Assembly (NCBI GenBank): GCA_012295275.1
Contig: CM022677.1
Coordinates: forward strand, 8,866,001 to 8,930,000
Direction: 5' to 3'
DNA: 64,000 bases
From: Chrysomallon squamiferum
Taxonomy: Eukaryota > Animalia > Mollusca
The notes below the pieces were generated by a model. The model had not been told where the DNA came from. It saw only the letters and a list, made by a program, of their open reading frames with translations, and did no database searches. A program made the translations under genes and the position numbers. Below are positions 42,816 to 56,806 of this stretch, in pieces (positions within the stretch are counted from its first letter, which is position 1; the number at the start of each line of letters is the position of its first letter).

Positions 42816-42865
<50 letters not shown>

Positions 42866-45353
42866 CTGTCTTGTTGACTCTCTCACTGTCTCTGAATATC
42901 TCTCTCTTTCTCTCTCTCTCTCTCTCTGCTATAATAAATTAGGTAGAGCAAAAAGTGATAAAATTTATAAATTATCAAATTTCTAGACTCTAAGGAGTGT
43001 ATTCTGTCTGTTGATGAATGGAACACTATCACTGGGGCCAAAAAAGATGGAGAAGTACCTACCTGGCTTCAGGTAACAAAGAAAGTATATATGTGTGTTG
43101 TATTCTGTGTATGAATTTTTGAGTAGGTATATGTGCATTTGTAATTTTTGGGTAAATAGTTTTAAAAAATTATTATTATAACTACATTTCTTGTTCGCTT
43201 TATTTTCGCTCAAACAAATATCTAGCTATCTATCTAGCGAGCGATGGAGAGAGAGAGAGATTGATTGATTGATTAATAAAAGTAACATTTCTTATTACCA
43301 TACCAAACATATATCTCACTTTACATTAGTTTATATTTTAACTCCAGCTAGCTGATCATCGTGCAAGGGCTGTGTATGCATTCAACCTGTCTGGCAATGC
43401 AAGTATTCAGAAACTAGAATCTCTCTTTGACACGGAGGCAGACTGCTCTGTAGAGGAAGTAGTTCTTATGAAGGTGAAGATACCTTTTTTCTACATTTTT
43501 TTTTTATAATAAAAATCTGTTTTCATAGAAAAATTCAGAGGTAGCCAAGAAAAAGTTTTAATTAAATTGACAAACTATTTAGATTTTTTCTTTCTGTTTT
43601 TTTTTTTTTTAATCTTCTATTTTTTTTTAATTGTAATTTTATTGTTAGTAATATTTTGTTTTATTATTATTATGATACTGTTTGGGTTTTCTTAACATTT
43701 TTATTATTACTATTATTATTATTTTATGTATTCATCATTTTATTATAATTATTATTAATATTACTATTGCTGTTATTATTACCATTATTACTGTTATTAT
43801 AATGTATTATTGTTATGATTACTACAACTACTGCTACAGCTACTACTGTTATTACTCTTACTAACCATCCTAATACCACTACTGCTAACACAGCCACCAC
43901 TGCTACCACTACTATATTATAAAAATTAATATTACTACTATCACTATTGCTATTATTACTACTGTTACTATTACTAGTATTAATACTGTAACTACTACAC
44001 TGCTACTACTGCTGCTATTACTGTATTTCAAGGATCCAGTTACTCGTGCAAACAGTGGAATAGCATGGATACTAATGTCTGATTGTGCATCTGTAGACAA
44101 GGCTATAGATTACTACAACAGAGGAGAGGTATTCCATTTAAATCATAATATAATATATGGAAGGAGAGGACACAAGATCTGAGAGTGTTTGTGTGTTTGT
44201 GTGCATGTGTCTAACTGTGTATGTGTATGTTTGTCTGTCTGTTAACTAAATATCTACTGAGTAGTTTCAGTCAGGCTGGTCTCTGTGTTTGTCTGCCTAC
44301 CTATCAATCTCTATAAGAATAAATAACTTGCTAAATAAATAATCTGTGTGTCTCTGTATTCATTTGTATCCATCTAGTGGTCTATCTCTCTACCTATCTG
44401 TCACTTTATCTATCATTCTGCGTGTCCATTTATAGATATGTCTAAACATATAATCTGTAAATAACTGCTTTCTGTTGTTTTCAAATCATTTTTTTCTCTA
44501 TAAATGCTTCTGCCAGTTGTTCTACTATGATTATTATGAATAATTAACAATATTTGTTATTACTATATCAAAGTTAAGATATTTGGACAACCATTCATAG
44601 TGTCAAGAATTAACATAAAAGTTGACGATGTTAAAAGTACAGAACTGGAGGCAAAAGTCAGGTATAGTGATGATGTCATAGCCTTTTTATTTCTCTCTCA
44701 ATATCTCTGATTTTCTCCTAACCTCTCTGATTCTCTCTTTCACTTTCTTTCTTTCTTTCTTTCTTCTCTTTCTCCCTGTTCATGTGTATATTCATAACTA
44801 GGTGTGTCTGTTCTACATCTGGTTTAACAAAAATAACAATTTCCACCATCCTCCAGTCTTAATGATTTTTTATAATGCTCTGATCAGCATTTTCTGATAC
44901 ATAGAATAACATGATAAAATATGCTGTTAATATTTATGTGCTAATGAGACGCCATACACACAAAAAAACAACCTTTAATGGTATTTAAATAAAAAACGAA
45001 AAAAGAAAACAGATTCCTTTCATTTCATAAATGCATGTATTAATATCTTCTGCTCATAAAATGATGTGCACTATATGAATGAATGAATGAATAAGGACAA
45101 CTGAGCACAAGAATCGTCGACTTGTTGAGAAACAAAGGTAAATATATTACGAACTATACAAACAATACCTAATTACATTAATATTAAATATTGAAATGTT
45201 TTTCTCAGACAAGAAGTGGAGAAGAGGATGAAAGTGAGACAAGCTGAAGATTCAGCTCATCATGAGCTAATTCTGCGGAACACAGAAGAGTCATGGAAAC
45301 GTCATGCTTACAGATTAGCTCACCCTGCATACGCTGACGGCAGAATTTGGTGA
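35569..45353 (+). CDS. Leucine-rich repeat (RNI/NLRC3-like LRR) protein with a C-terminal RRM-like domain, 18 coding exons, ~925 aa
   Basis: Exons 35569-36042, 36686-36811, 37380-37516, 37924-38065, 38459-38587, 38936-39050, 39354-39548, 40133-40372, 40649-40872, 41203-41299, 41946-42083, 42347-42454, 42567-42683, 42987-43072, 43348-43473, 44033-44128, 44579-44661, 45209-45353; phases consistent. LRRs such as VLNLSGNSFG, LEYLDVSSNSLG, LTELDLSSNGLS, LSVLDLSDNAIG, LKSLNIGGNSVG; ends HPAYADGRIW*. Confidence 0.88.
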
Positions 45354-45839
45354 CAGCAACTGTATAGCTTATCTGATGAAAGAATATTATTAATAATATG
45401 TTCATTATTTTCAGAAATAGATTAAATATTTTTTTGTCCCACTTGTCTGATAAAACAGATTATTAATAACATATCCAGTTTTTTCTGTTATATACAATAA
45501 TAGTTTTTTATACCATTCAGTATTTTCTTGATAGATAATTATCAGTTCAACTTGATGATGATTAAAAAAAGCCCTATAGAAAAATTTCTTGTACAAAGAA
45601 TGATAATTTCAATCATTCAGTTAATCTGATGATTGGAGGTGATTGTTACTGCTCTACCCAGTATTTTCTCATACAGAAAATGATGATTTATCATCCACCT
45701 TATCTGATGATACAGTTATTGCTACTCTATCTGAAAGAGAGAATAACAATTTCTACCATCCTCCTGTCTTAATGATTTTTTAATGCTATATTCAGCATTT
45801 TCTGATCCACAGAATAACATGATAAAATATGCTGTTAAT
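44832..45839. repeat. ~100-bp direct repeat pair (44832-44931 and 45742-45839) bracketing the last exon of the LRR-RRM gene
   Basis: aataacaatttc(c/t)accatcctcc(a/t)gtcttaatgattttt...agaataacatgataaaatatgctgttaat occurs twice. Confidence 0.85.
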
Positions 45840-48537
45840 TCGCACACTAATATTAATATTAATGTGCTGATAAAATACATGGACAAAAGATTATTTTTAT
45901 TAGATTCTTGTTTTCAGTTTGATCTTTATCTTTGTTGTTTTCATTGACCAGTTATTATATGAAGTAGTTATTGATAATATCCGTTATTATTTATTAAATT
46001 TATGTTCTGCATTGTATGTGTGGGGATGTATGTCAGTATGTATGTTGGTATGTGTCTGCATGTATATGTGTCTGTGTGTGTATGTCAGTGTGTATATGTT
46101 CTTGGGTATTTTCTGTTGTGATAGTAATGTAATGTTTGTTTATGTTATTTTCTGTGTTTGTTTTGTTTCTTGTATGTGTATGTGAGTTAACATGCATTTA
46201 TGTGCCTGTATATATAAGCTTATAATAGAACATAAACTTGGTTAGCAAATAAAGCATAAAATCAGTTTATTTAGCAGAATTTAAAAAAAAAAAACAGGTG
46301 TCTAGATTAATTTTTAATACTAGCTCCTCTTAAATAAAGTAATTAATTATTCAATGTAATAATTTAAAACAGTGAAAAAAATAAAAATAAGTAACAGCTG
46401 TACTTAAATTATATTTTCTTTTACATTATTTTTGTTATTTGTTTATAATGCACATGTAATTTGACAGTATCAGTATTATGTTTTTATAGTCATTTTTAAT
46501 TATTTATTTTTATTTTGTTACAATTTTTCTACTGAATTTGATTTTTTTAATTCATTGTTACTGAATCTTGGTAAATAAAAAAGATATAAAATTGTTTTCA
46601 GTCTGTTTATTATTATTATTATTTTTTTTTTTACTTTGGATGGGAAATTGTATTTAACCATTTCTTTAATTTATATGTTTTAACGATTTATAATTAATGG
46701 GCCAGCTATAATTAAAGTTTTATCAAAATAGAGTTATTTCCCTTATGAAAATTATTATCGATGTTCAGTTGCTCGTAATATCATAACTTAATAATAATAA
46801 TAATAATAATTACTTATAATTACTTACAATGATTATAATAAACTAACAAATAAATAAATAATATTAACTGATAATACTAAAACAGGTTTATTTCTGATTC
46901 AAATAAAAAATGTAACATTTTTTTTTTTTTATCTACATGTTGGGGTATTGATTAAAACAAAATAAAACTAATAATATGTTAACTTTGTGAAGCTAATAAA
47001 TGTACAAAATGGAGTCCAAAAATTATTAAAATCCTCATTCAGTTCTCAGTATGTAGATAATACCAGAAAAGTTATATTTATTCATTTATTCTTAAATATT
47101 AATCAAGAAGAAACAGAGGGACAGATATATATATATATATATATATATAGTAAATACAAATTTTCAAGTCAATAAAATAATAATGATAAATAGTGAATGA
47201 AAGTACAAGATTTGATTATAAGTATTAAGTTAACATAAATTTTAAACAGAGTAACAAGTGTTGTTTCAAAATATTTCATGGAACAAGCAAAAATGTCATA
47301 ACAATAATAATGTATTTAAATATGTACAGAATTAAAAACTACTATTGTATGTGTGTATGTGTGTGTGCATGTGAATAAACAAGCACAGACACAAATACAC
47401 ACATGCAAAAATACCATATATTTATATAAATTTCTGCATGGTTTATAAGATATATTTATTATATAAAACATATCTGATGGAGGTTTTTTTGGTCCTGATT
47501 GTATCAGTAAAATTAATTATAAAATTCTACTAAAATGTATTTATTATTAAATTGTCTCATGCACATCAAGCAGTATTAATTTAAATTCAAAAGTAATAAT
47601 AATTGTGTGAATTATCAGTTTAGGTCTATTGGAGAAAAAAAATGGAATGATTTACTTTTAAAAAGAAGAAAAAACTAATAAATATTAAAAATAACTACAA
47701 TGATAATAAATGAATAAATAAATGAATAAAAAAAATAATAACTACCATAATGACAATGACTGTAATAAATAACTAATTAATAAAAAATATGCTATTAATA
47801 TTACTAATATAACAACAATAATTACTACAAAAATCATTTTTAAAAATCTACTAAATGATAATTAAATATTGCTAGACAAGTTAAATTAGTTTTTATTTCA
47901 TTTTTTTTTTTTTCTTCATTAAGTGATGCTGAAGATGCATAAAACATAAGCAATAGGGAAATGGACGCTCCCCGATTTTCTTGTCTCAATGTATATATAT
48001 TTCTGAACTAGAACTAACTCGCAATAGATCAATAGGAATTTCTTATTAAATTTTAATAAATGTATAAATTTCACACTAGTGTACACGTGTAAATATACTT
48101 ACTGGTACAAACAGTGTCTTCAGATGGATAAAGAAATAATCGAATATGAAAACATTCAGCATGATAATTATACGTCTGCTCCCCTCATCTTTTCAGTCTC
48201 GGTCTAACAAACGTCAGGTCCATTTCTGTCACTGGAGTTGCAGCGTACCTACAGTTTATCAACCTGAGCCTATCCTACGTTCCTAAACCTATTTCCATCA
48301 CTAGAGAGCAGTATTAGATTACTGACTTCATTTATAATAAAATGTTTTTATTGTATGTTTTTTTTAAAAAAATTGAACGAGACCACAGCAGCTGTTACAT
48401 ATACATAAAACTGACGTCAGATTGTTTCGATAAACTAAGAGTTTTTGTTCGCTTTATTGAAAAGCCATGACATAAATGATAAATTGATGTTATGGAATAG
48501 ATTAAATTAAAATCTACATTTATTCAGTTATCTTCTT

Positions 48538-48613
<76 letters not shown>

Positions 48614-48949
48614 TTTCACTTTGAATTTGTATTAAACTTTTAATATTCATAGTTCTAATATATATTTTTTTTTTATTATTTGTTACTGTTATTTATGTTG
48701 GCTTTTAACTGATGGACATTTTTAAAAAAATAATAAAATAAAATAAATAAATAAAAGTTTATGAGAAAAGAGCACTTCTGTGAACTCTTAAAATTTTAGT
48801 TCAGATAAAAACAAAAATTAATAATGACAAAAAGTTAAAAACAAAAAACAAAGAGATCACCACAAGAATATGTGTTCTTAAATACGAAAATGAAAAGAAA
48901 AAGGAATAAATTAAATCTACAATGGAATGTTAACTAGAAATGATTGTTT

Positions 48950-49073
48950 TTAGTCACTGAAATCGAGTTTTCCTGTGATGAAATTTCCAAGATCACCAGG
49001 GTTGTCAGATCTGTAATATTCACAAGAAAGCTCCTTGAAGTATTCCAAGTCTATCTTCTTTTCATTGTTCTGA

Positions 49074-49113
<40 letters not shown>

Positions 49114-50120
49114 GAAAAAATAATAAAATAATAGTAATAATAGTAACAGTAATAATAAAAATAATATTAATAATAATAAATAATAGTTATAATAATAATA
49201 ATAAAAACAGTAATAATAATAATAACTACTAAAGTTATTTACTACACAAATACTGCTGATTAATAAAGTTATTTAGCAACAACAATAATAATAAAAACGA
49301 TAGTAATAACAACAATAAAAATAATGATAATAATAATAATATAATTATTCCTGCTTTAGATGAAGAACTAACAAGTTATTTAGTGATCATAATTAGTAAA
49401 CTATTTATCGGTTATACTACATAATTATTCCTATTTAAACTAATAATGATAATTTTAAAATAAAAAAAATATGGATTCAGTTATTTAATTGTTATTAATA
49501 TTGTTATTAAGCGGTCACAAAACTACTCCTGTTTTAAACTAAGAATTATCAAGTTATTTAGTTGTCATAATTAGTTAATGTTGGTAAAATTAAAAACTAC
49601 CTGTGTGATGATTATGAATGCTGTTTTTGCTTCTTTACAGGAAACTCCGAAGTCACCAAGAACGTATTCAAACTCTTCAATGTCAATAACACCGTCACCT
49701 TAAGTAAAATAATTAGTTAAATTAATAATATTAATAATAACAATAAAGGTAGAAATAATAATGATGATGATGATGATGATATACTATTGCTACTACAACT
49801 ACTACTACTATCAGTACTATTCTCTACTACTACTTCTGAATCAAAAGAAAAATCAATTTTAAAATGCCCACACATCTATTTATACATCTGTTTTCGTGAA
49901 GTACTACGCAGTTCAATATACGTAATAGCGTTTAATCAATTGTTTCAAAAAAAAAAAAAAACGTAGCATAATAAATAAATTTACCAGTTTTTCATTACTT
50001 TTTGTTGTTAATTAAATTGGGTTTTTATTATTCTATCTAACTTTATAGTTTAATTTAATCAGTTTATGTAAGAAAGAAAAACAGAAAAAAAAACAGAAAT
50101 TAAAAAACAACAATTCTTTG

Positions 50121-50208
<88 letters not shown>

Positions 50209-52334
50209 ACAATAACAACATTCATTATCATCATCTACATTTTCTTTTTTAATTTCTAACGAACATCGTTATATAAGGGGACCAGCAACACGACCCACCT
50301 GTTCTGTCTAACAAATTAAATTTGAATTCTACGTAACGTTCTAGCCAGGAAGGTATCGACTTGGCCGGATCTTCGTCCATTTTTGATTGCTTACCACTGT
50401 TCTCCTTGTTAAATCTCTCCCACATCTTCAACTACAACAGCATAAAAAAATAGTTTAAAAAAAATAATAATAATTTCAATTGACACAGATTTGTAATATT
50501 ATTTAAATGACTATTTTTTTTAACTAAATGGGGCTTGATTATGATGATGATGATGATGATGATGATGATAATAATAATAGTAGTAATAATAGTAATAGTA
50601 ATAATAATAATAATAACAGAAGAAACAGTAATAATAAAAATAAACAAAAGTAATAATAGTAATAAGATCAACAACGACGACAACAACAATAATAGTAATA
50701 ACAACAATAACAATAATAATAACGATTGTAATGATGATAATAATGATGTTAATGATAATGATGGCAGGATGATGATAACAATAATGATTAGATGATAATA
50801 ATAATAAACATAATAATAATAAAATAATAATAATGATTATGATAAGTTATAATGATGATAATGATGACGTCGATGATGATGATGATAACAATTATTATTA
50901 TTACGATGATAATAAAAATGAAATAATAATAATAGTAATAATAATAATAGTAAACCAGTCTATGGTCTCAGTTTTATATACAATCTTAACTTTGATACTA
51001 ATCAGCTACATTAGAAGTATTCATGAAAGACTATTAACATATCAGTTTTATTCGTCAGTTTTCATATATTACATATCTGCGCATCAAATTTTATATACGA
51101 GCACCAGTATTAATAATTAAATATTTCTCCAGTATTTATATAACCTAATTAGGAACAATAGGTGACATAGGTGACATTTAAATGAAAATGATAACAGCTG
51201 TTAGTCGTAGATGAGATTTAATAATGAAAGAGGATTTAACAAGTTATATACAAAGCGTTATTTTAGTTATATTTAGTAAATATGTTGGTTTTTAATTTTT
51301 TTTATTATTTGTTATTTATTATGTTATTATGGGATAATGATTTGGTGGCAGTATATTTAAATATACATGGCCTAACTACACTGAGGCAAATGAAGCAAAT
51401 GACTCATACCGAAACTGACGATTTATTTTTTTATTTTTTTATTTTTATTTTATTATTATTTTTTTTAATACAAATATTTTGTTTAAAATATAAAATACAT
51501 ATCACCATTCCGAGAGAAACGATATCCACTGAATGAACTCGTGTATATCAACGGTTACCGTTTGAAGTCGACCTGCATCGTTGCGATGAAAGACATAATT
51601 GACGTCAAAGACGTAGACTTCAAACGGGTTTATCGAACACCTGATGATTTAAAGCATACAGCCTCCTTTTCACACGTTTCAGTCTGAGCCCGGTTCTTGC
51701 CCTGACGCAGTGAGTCTAGTTATTTAGCGTCAGGACTACTGAACTAGGAAAAAGATGCCAGGAAATGGCTAGAATCGAGGATTTTGCATCTTTCAAGTCT
51801 CAGACCACTCGCCCAAATTTTAAGTGTTTTGCCTCATTTCAAAAAGACTAGTTAAGGTCATGAAATATATATATATATTTAGAATATTGTTCGTTTTATA
51901 ATGAAAGATTTTAAAGTTTAGAATAGTCAATAATATTATAGAAAATAATATTTCAAATATCAATCGGTGTGAGCTATAATGTAGTATTAGGAGAACATAG
52001 ATCATAAGTAACAATAATAAACAAAAAATAATATATATATATTTAAACGTGGAAACACTCATAGCTGCAAATTTGATAACTAAATCGATTGATCCAAAGC
52101 AATGCAACTGGTGATAAAAATGTACAGCATTCCGAAAAAGCAAATCGATCGTTTTTGAAAATGTAAACGCCCAGCTTAGAGACTAAGCATTCGTGAGATC
52201 CGCGGTCACACATTTTAAGGACCTGGAACAGGACTGAAACCAGGAACAGGCGTAGTGGGACCAGGACCAATAACACAGGACCCAAACAAAGATCAGTTTT
52301 AATGTATCCAGTAATAACACACAAGATCAAACAC

Positions 52335-52391
<57 letters not shown>

Positions 52392-53093
52392 TACAATTAC
52401 CCATTCCTCTTCGGAAATAATGCCGTCGTTGTTGACGTCACCTTCATCAGATAACATCCGCCAGACGTCTCTAAACAGCTCCTTCGTCTGTTTGTATTTG
52501 TCCGAGTCCTTCTTCCAGCCACTCATCTCACATATTTTCTAGATGAAGAGCAGATGTATTAGCATGAAAAACACACACACACACATACACACATACACAT
52601 ACACACATGGTGCGCACATACACACACACACACACACAAACACATACAAGCATGGTGACGCACATATACACACACACAAGGACACACACACACACACACA
52701 AGCATGGTGACGCACATACACACACACACATACACATACAAGCATGGTGCGCACATACACACACACACACACACACAAACACATACAAGCATGGTGACGC
52801 ACATATACACACACACACACACACACAAACACATACAAGCATGGTGACGCACATATACACACACACAAGAACACACACACACACACATACAAGCATGGGT
52901 TAAACACATTAATTCAAAGTATTACCTCTCATGGTGCCAGTTCGAACACACACACACACTTTGATTCCAGACTTCCATTTACACACACACTTAAACACAC
53001 AAACACAAAATAAGGTTAAACAAGCTAAATTATTATTGCCAGTTATTTTATTCCAGATTATTTTATTAAATTGAAAATAATACAGCTAAATTA

Positions 53094-53166
<73 letters not shown>

Positions 53167-53478
53167 TACTACTACTACTATTATTTTTATTATTTTTATA
53201 ATTATTTTGTTATTATTATTATTATTATTATATGTGGCAATGTTTGAAAATGATGTTAATTAAAATTATTAGTTAATTAGTTAATCTGGCAAATTAGTTT
53301 AATGTAGTTTAGCGTAACGCAGATTAAGATAGTTTGGTATTATGTAAATATAATTAAATGAAGTGTATGATATATACAATATAATATTAATTCAACAAAG
53401 CTATATATAACATTATTAGTGTTCGTGGAAATGTTATGCCTCTCACACTAACACGCACACACACGCACACACATACAA

Positions 53479-53509
<31 letters not shown>

Positions 53510-53535
53510 TACACTCACGCACGCACACGCTCACA

Positions 53536-53586
<51 letters not shown>

Positions 53587-53666
53587 ACATACACACACAA
53601 ACACATACACACACGCACACACACGCACACACGCACACACACACACACATATACACACACAAATAC

Positions 53667-53716
<50 letters not shown>

Positions 53717-56700
53717 ATAGATGCCAAGGAAACAAAAACGCGCACGAAGCACACACACAGATTAATAACCAGACTAGGAAGGTTTTTTTTTAGTAATAAT
53801 CAAGATGATTATTTACTAAAAAAAAATTATTATTCGACAGATAATTGAAAAAGTAATTTTTTAAAAATTGAAACTATAAAATAATATTAAACATTAAAAA
53901 ATAAAAATAAAATTTTTAAAATCTGTAATGAAAAAAAGTATTAATCCTATGACTACTATTACTAACCTCAACCTACTACTAGTATTCACTACAACTACTA
54001 CTACCACTGTTCACTACTACTACCACTACTACTACTACTACCTCTCCTAATACTACCATTAATAATAAACTTCTAAATTAATTAAAGATCTTCTACACCT
54101 ACTACTTCTTTTAACTCTAGTATTTACTACTTTTAACTCTCGTACTGCTTCTGGTACTGCTTCTGGTATACCACTATTACTATACTGCTACAAACCTACT
54201 ACTACTTCTACTACTGCTACTACATTAAAAATAATAATAAATAATAAAAATAAATAATAAAAATAAATAAAATAATAATAAGGTCATGTTGCCAGAAGAA
54301 ATAAATATAATACGCAGATGTTACAGTCGATGTATAGAAAACGCTATGTAATATTTTTATGCTATATTTCACTTTAATAATTTTACTTCCACTCAATCGC
54401 TATATTTCGCAATATTTCGCTTATTATTATGCATTCCTGAGCCCGTAACTAATAACTTTTGTAAAAATGTATTGATATTCTGTAGCTTAATGTCTATTGA
54501 TTTAGACTGCAGGATATGCATTGTATTAAAATTCTACTGACATTATAATAAGTCGATTGTTACTAACAGTTATTTTAAATATGATTATACACGTGAGTAA
54601 GAATTATCTATGAATATAATTTGAGGCGCGCGATATGAAAATAATTATAGATAGACTATGTTAGTATTATGATCATTTCGTCAAAATATTCTTCGTTATA
54701 TTTTATTGTTCTTTAATAACGTAGTGACCCGGTTCTTGTCTCTGTTGTTGATAAAACTGTCTTTCAATTAAGAAACTGAAGTTTATAATTAAAAAAGCAA
54801 ATAACAATAATATATATAAAAAATAGAAATAATAATAATAATATGATGATGATAATGATGATGGTGATGATGATAATAATAATAACAAATAATTAAATAA
54901 ATAAAAAGAAAATAGGAAAGAAGCAATGTAATAATATATAGTGTGCCAAATAAGTTTAGCAGTTACGTACAACCTGAATGGATGTTGATTATTTGTACAT
55001 TTCAGAATGCAGTAACACGTTGTCAGCTCGTTTCTTTAATGTAACTGATGAAACGTCGTAACTGACAGAACTCAATAACGTGCTAGCGGCACTGATAACA
55101 GCAGACATCGTCGTCTCATGCTTCTAATGAACAGAAATTTCAGTAACTGCGTTCCATTCCCGGTTCAGCCATTTGTACGTCATGGACATAAAGGATATGA
55201 GGATTGATGATGCGTACCCTACGGCCCACTAGGTGCCATGCGTACTCAACTGGGGACAAGTCAGGGGACATTGGTGGCCAGTTCAACACTTGGATGTGTT
55301 CCGCTCAAGAAGATTAGAGGTTAGTCTAGCGGTGTGTTGTGGTCTCCAGTTGTCATGTTGAAGCAGAAAGCCAGGATGCTGCTGCAGGAATGTAATGACC
55401 ACTGTGTAATGATCTCGTTGAGCAGTCATGTTTTCTGAGTTACCTCAGCCATGAATGCCGGCCCAGACCATGACGCTGCCACCGTCATATCGGTGATGCT
55501 CAATGACGTTGTCTGTATCATATCGTTCACCCCGTCGCCTCCATACATGACACCTATCGTCCGCAAAGTGAACACAAAAGCTGGTGTATTCTGGCCCATC
55601 TCAGACGTTCTGAACGTGACGCGCTGTCAGGGGAACACTACAACAGGATGACGTGTTTGTAACCCAGCAGTGTGGAGACGGTTACGGACAGTTTGAGCGT
55701 GAATTCTAGTCCTGTGGTTTGCTGCAGTGTACGGGCTGAGATGACGTCACTAGTCTACAAGATGGCGGGCAGTCTTGCAGTTGCCCAGAGTGGTGTACGC
55801 GTTGTCGGAGTCGTGGTTCTGAGCGACGTCGTGTAACCGTCCCATTGCTTTATGACGTTGGTTTTCAGTTAAGCCTGGACGACGACCCACTGTAGCAAGA
55901 AAATTCTTCATTTTGTTTTCGATAAGGTTGCTTCAGTGCATCAAAATGTGATTTCAGTACATCCGTATTGCACGCGCTTCTGCGACAGTAAATGATGTCC
56001 TTTTCATTACCCAAAGCGACAGGGCAGATACAACTAACACATCACCAAGTCTTATCACTTTATTTTAATTTATTTGCAAGCAACAGTTATTTACAAAAAC
56101 CTGCTAAACTTTTTTTGATTTAGTATTAGTATTATAATCATTATATTAATATTTATATAATAATTATTATAATATATATATTATATCATCATCATCATCA
56201 TTATCATCATTATTATTTACTAAAAATGAATAAACAACAAAACAACGGGCAAAAATAGATAAAACAATAGAAGATTAAAGAAATTGAAGAAAAATGTTAA
56301 AATAAAAAAATGTATTAAATATTTATACCTCCTGAACGATGAATATTCATTATTTTTACTAAAAAGAAGTTCAGTAAAAGTGTGATGTAATAATTATAAA
56401 ACACGACTATTTTTCAGGTGTAACTCACAATGAGAGAGAGAGAGAGAGACTGAGAGAGACTGAGAGACACAAAGAAGAAGAAGAAAGAGATATAAATAAA
56501 TTGCGCCTATATATATATATATCACTATGATATACTGGAAGTAACTATGATATCCCTGGAATGCTTTTATTAATAAATAATTAATCAGATTACAAAACTG
56601 AATTGTTTAAGAAATAAATACTCTTTATATATATTTTAAAGATATTATAAAAATCATAATAGATCAAACAGATTTTCTTATAATAATGGTACACCTATCA

Positions 56701-56722
56701 GACGGTGCAAATATATGTATGT

Positions 56723-56806
<84 letters not shown>

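Noticed and set aside
35569-45353. Calling the LRR gene an NLR (NLRC3)
   Set aside because: No NACHT Walker A/B motif or death-fold domain seen; only LRRs plus the RRM-like region.
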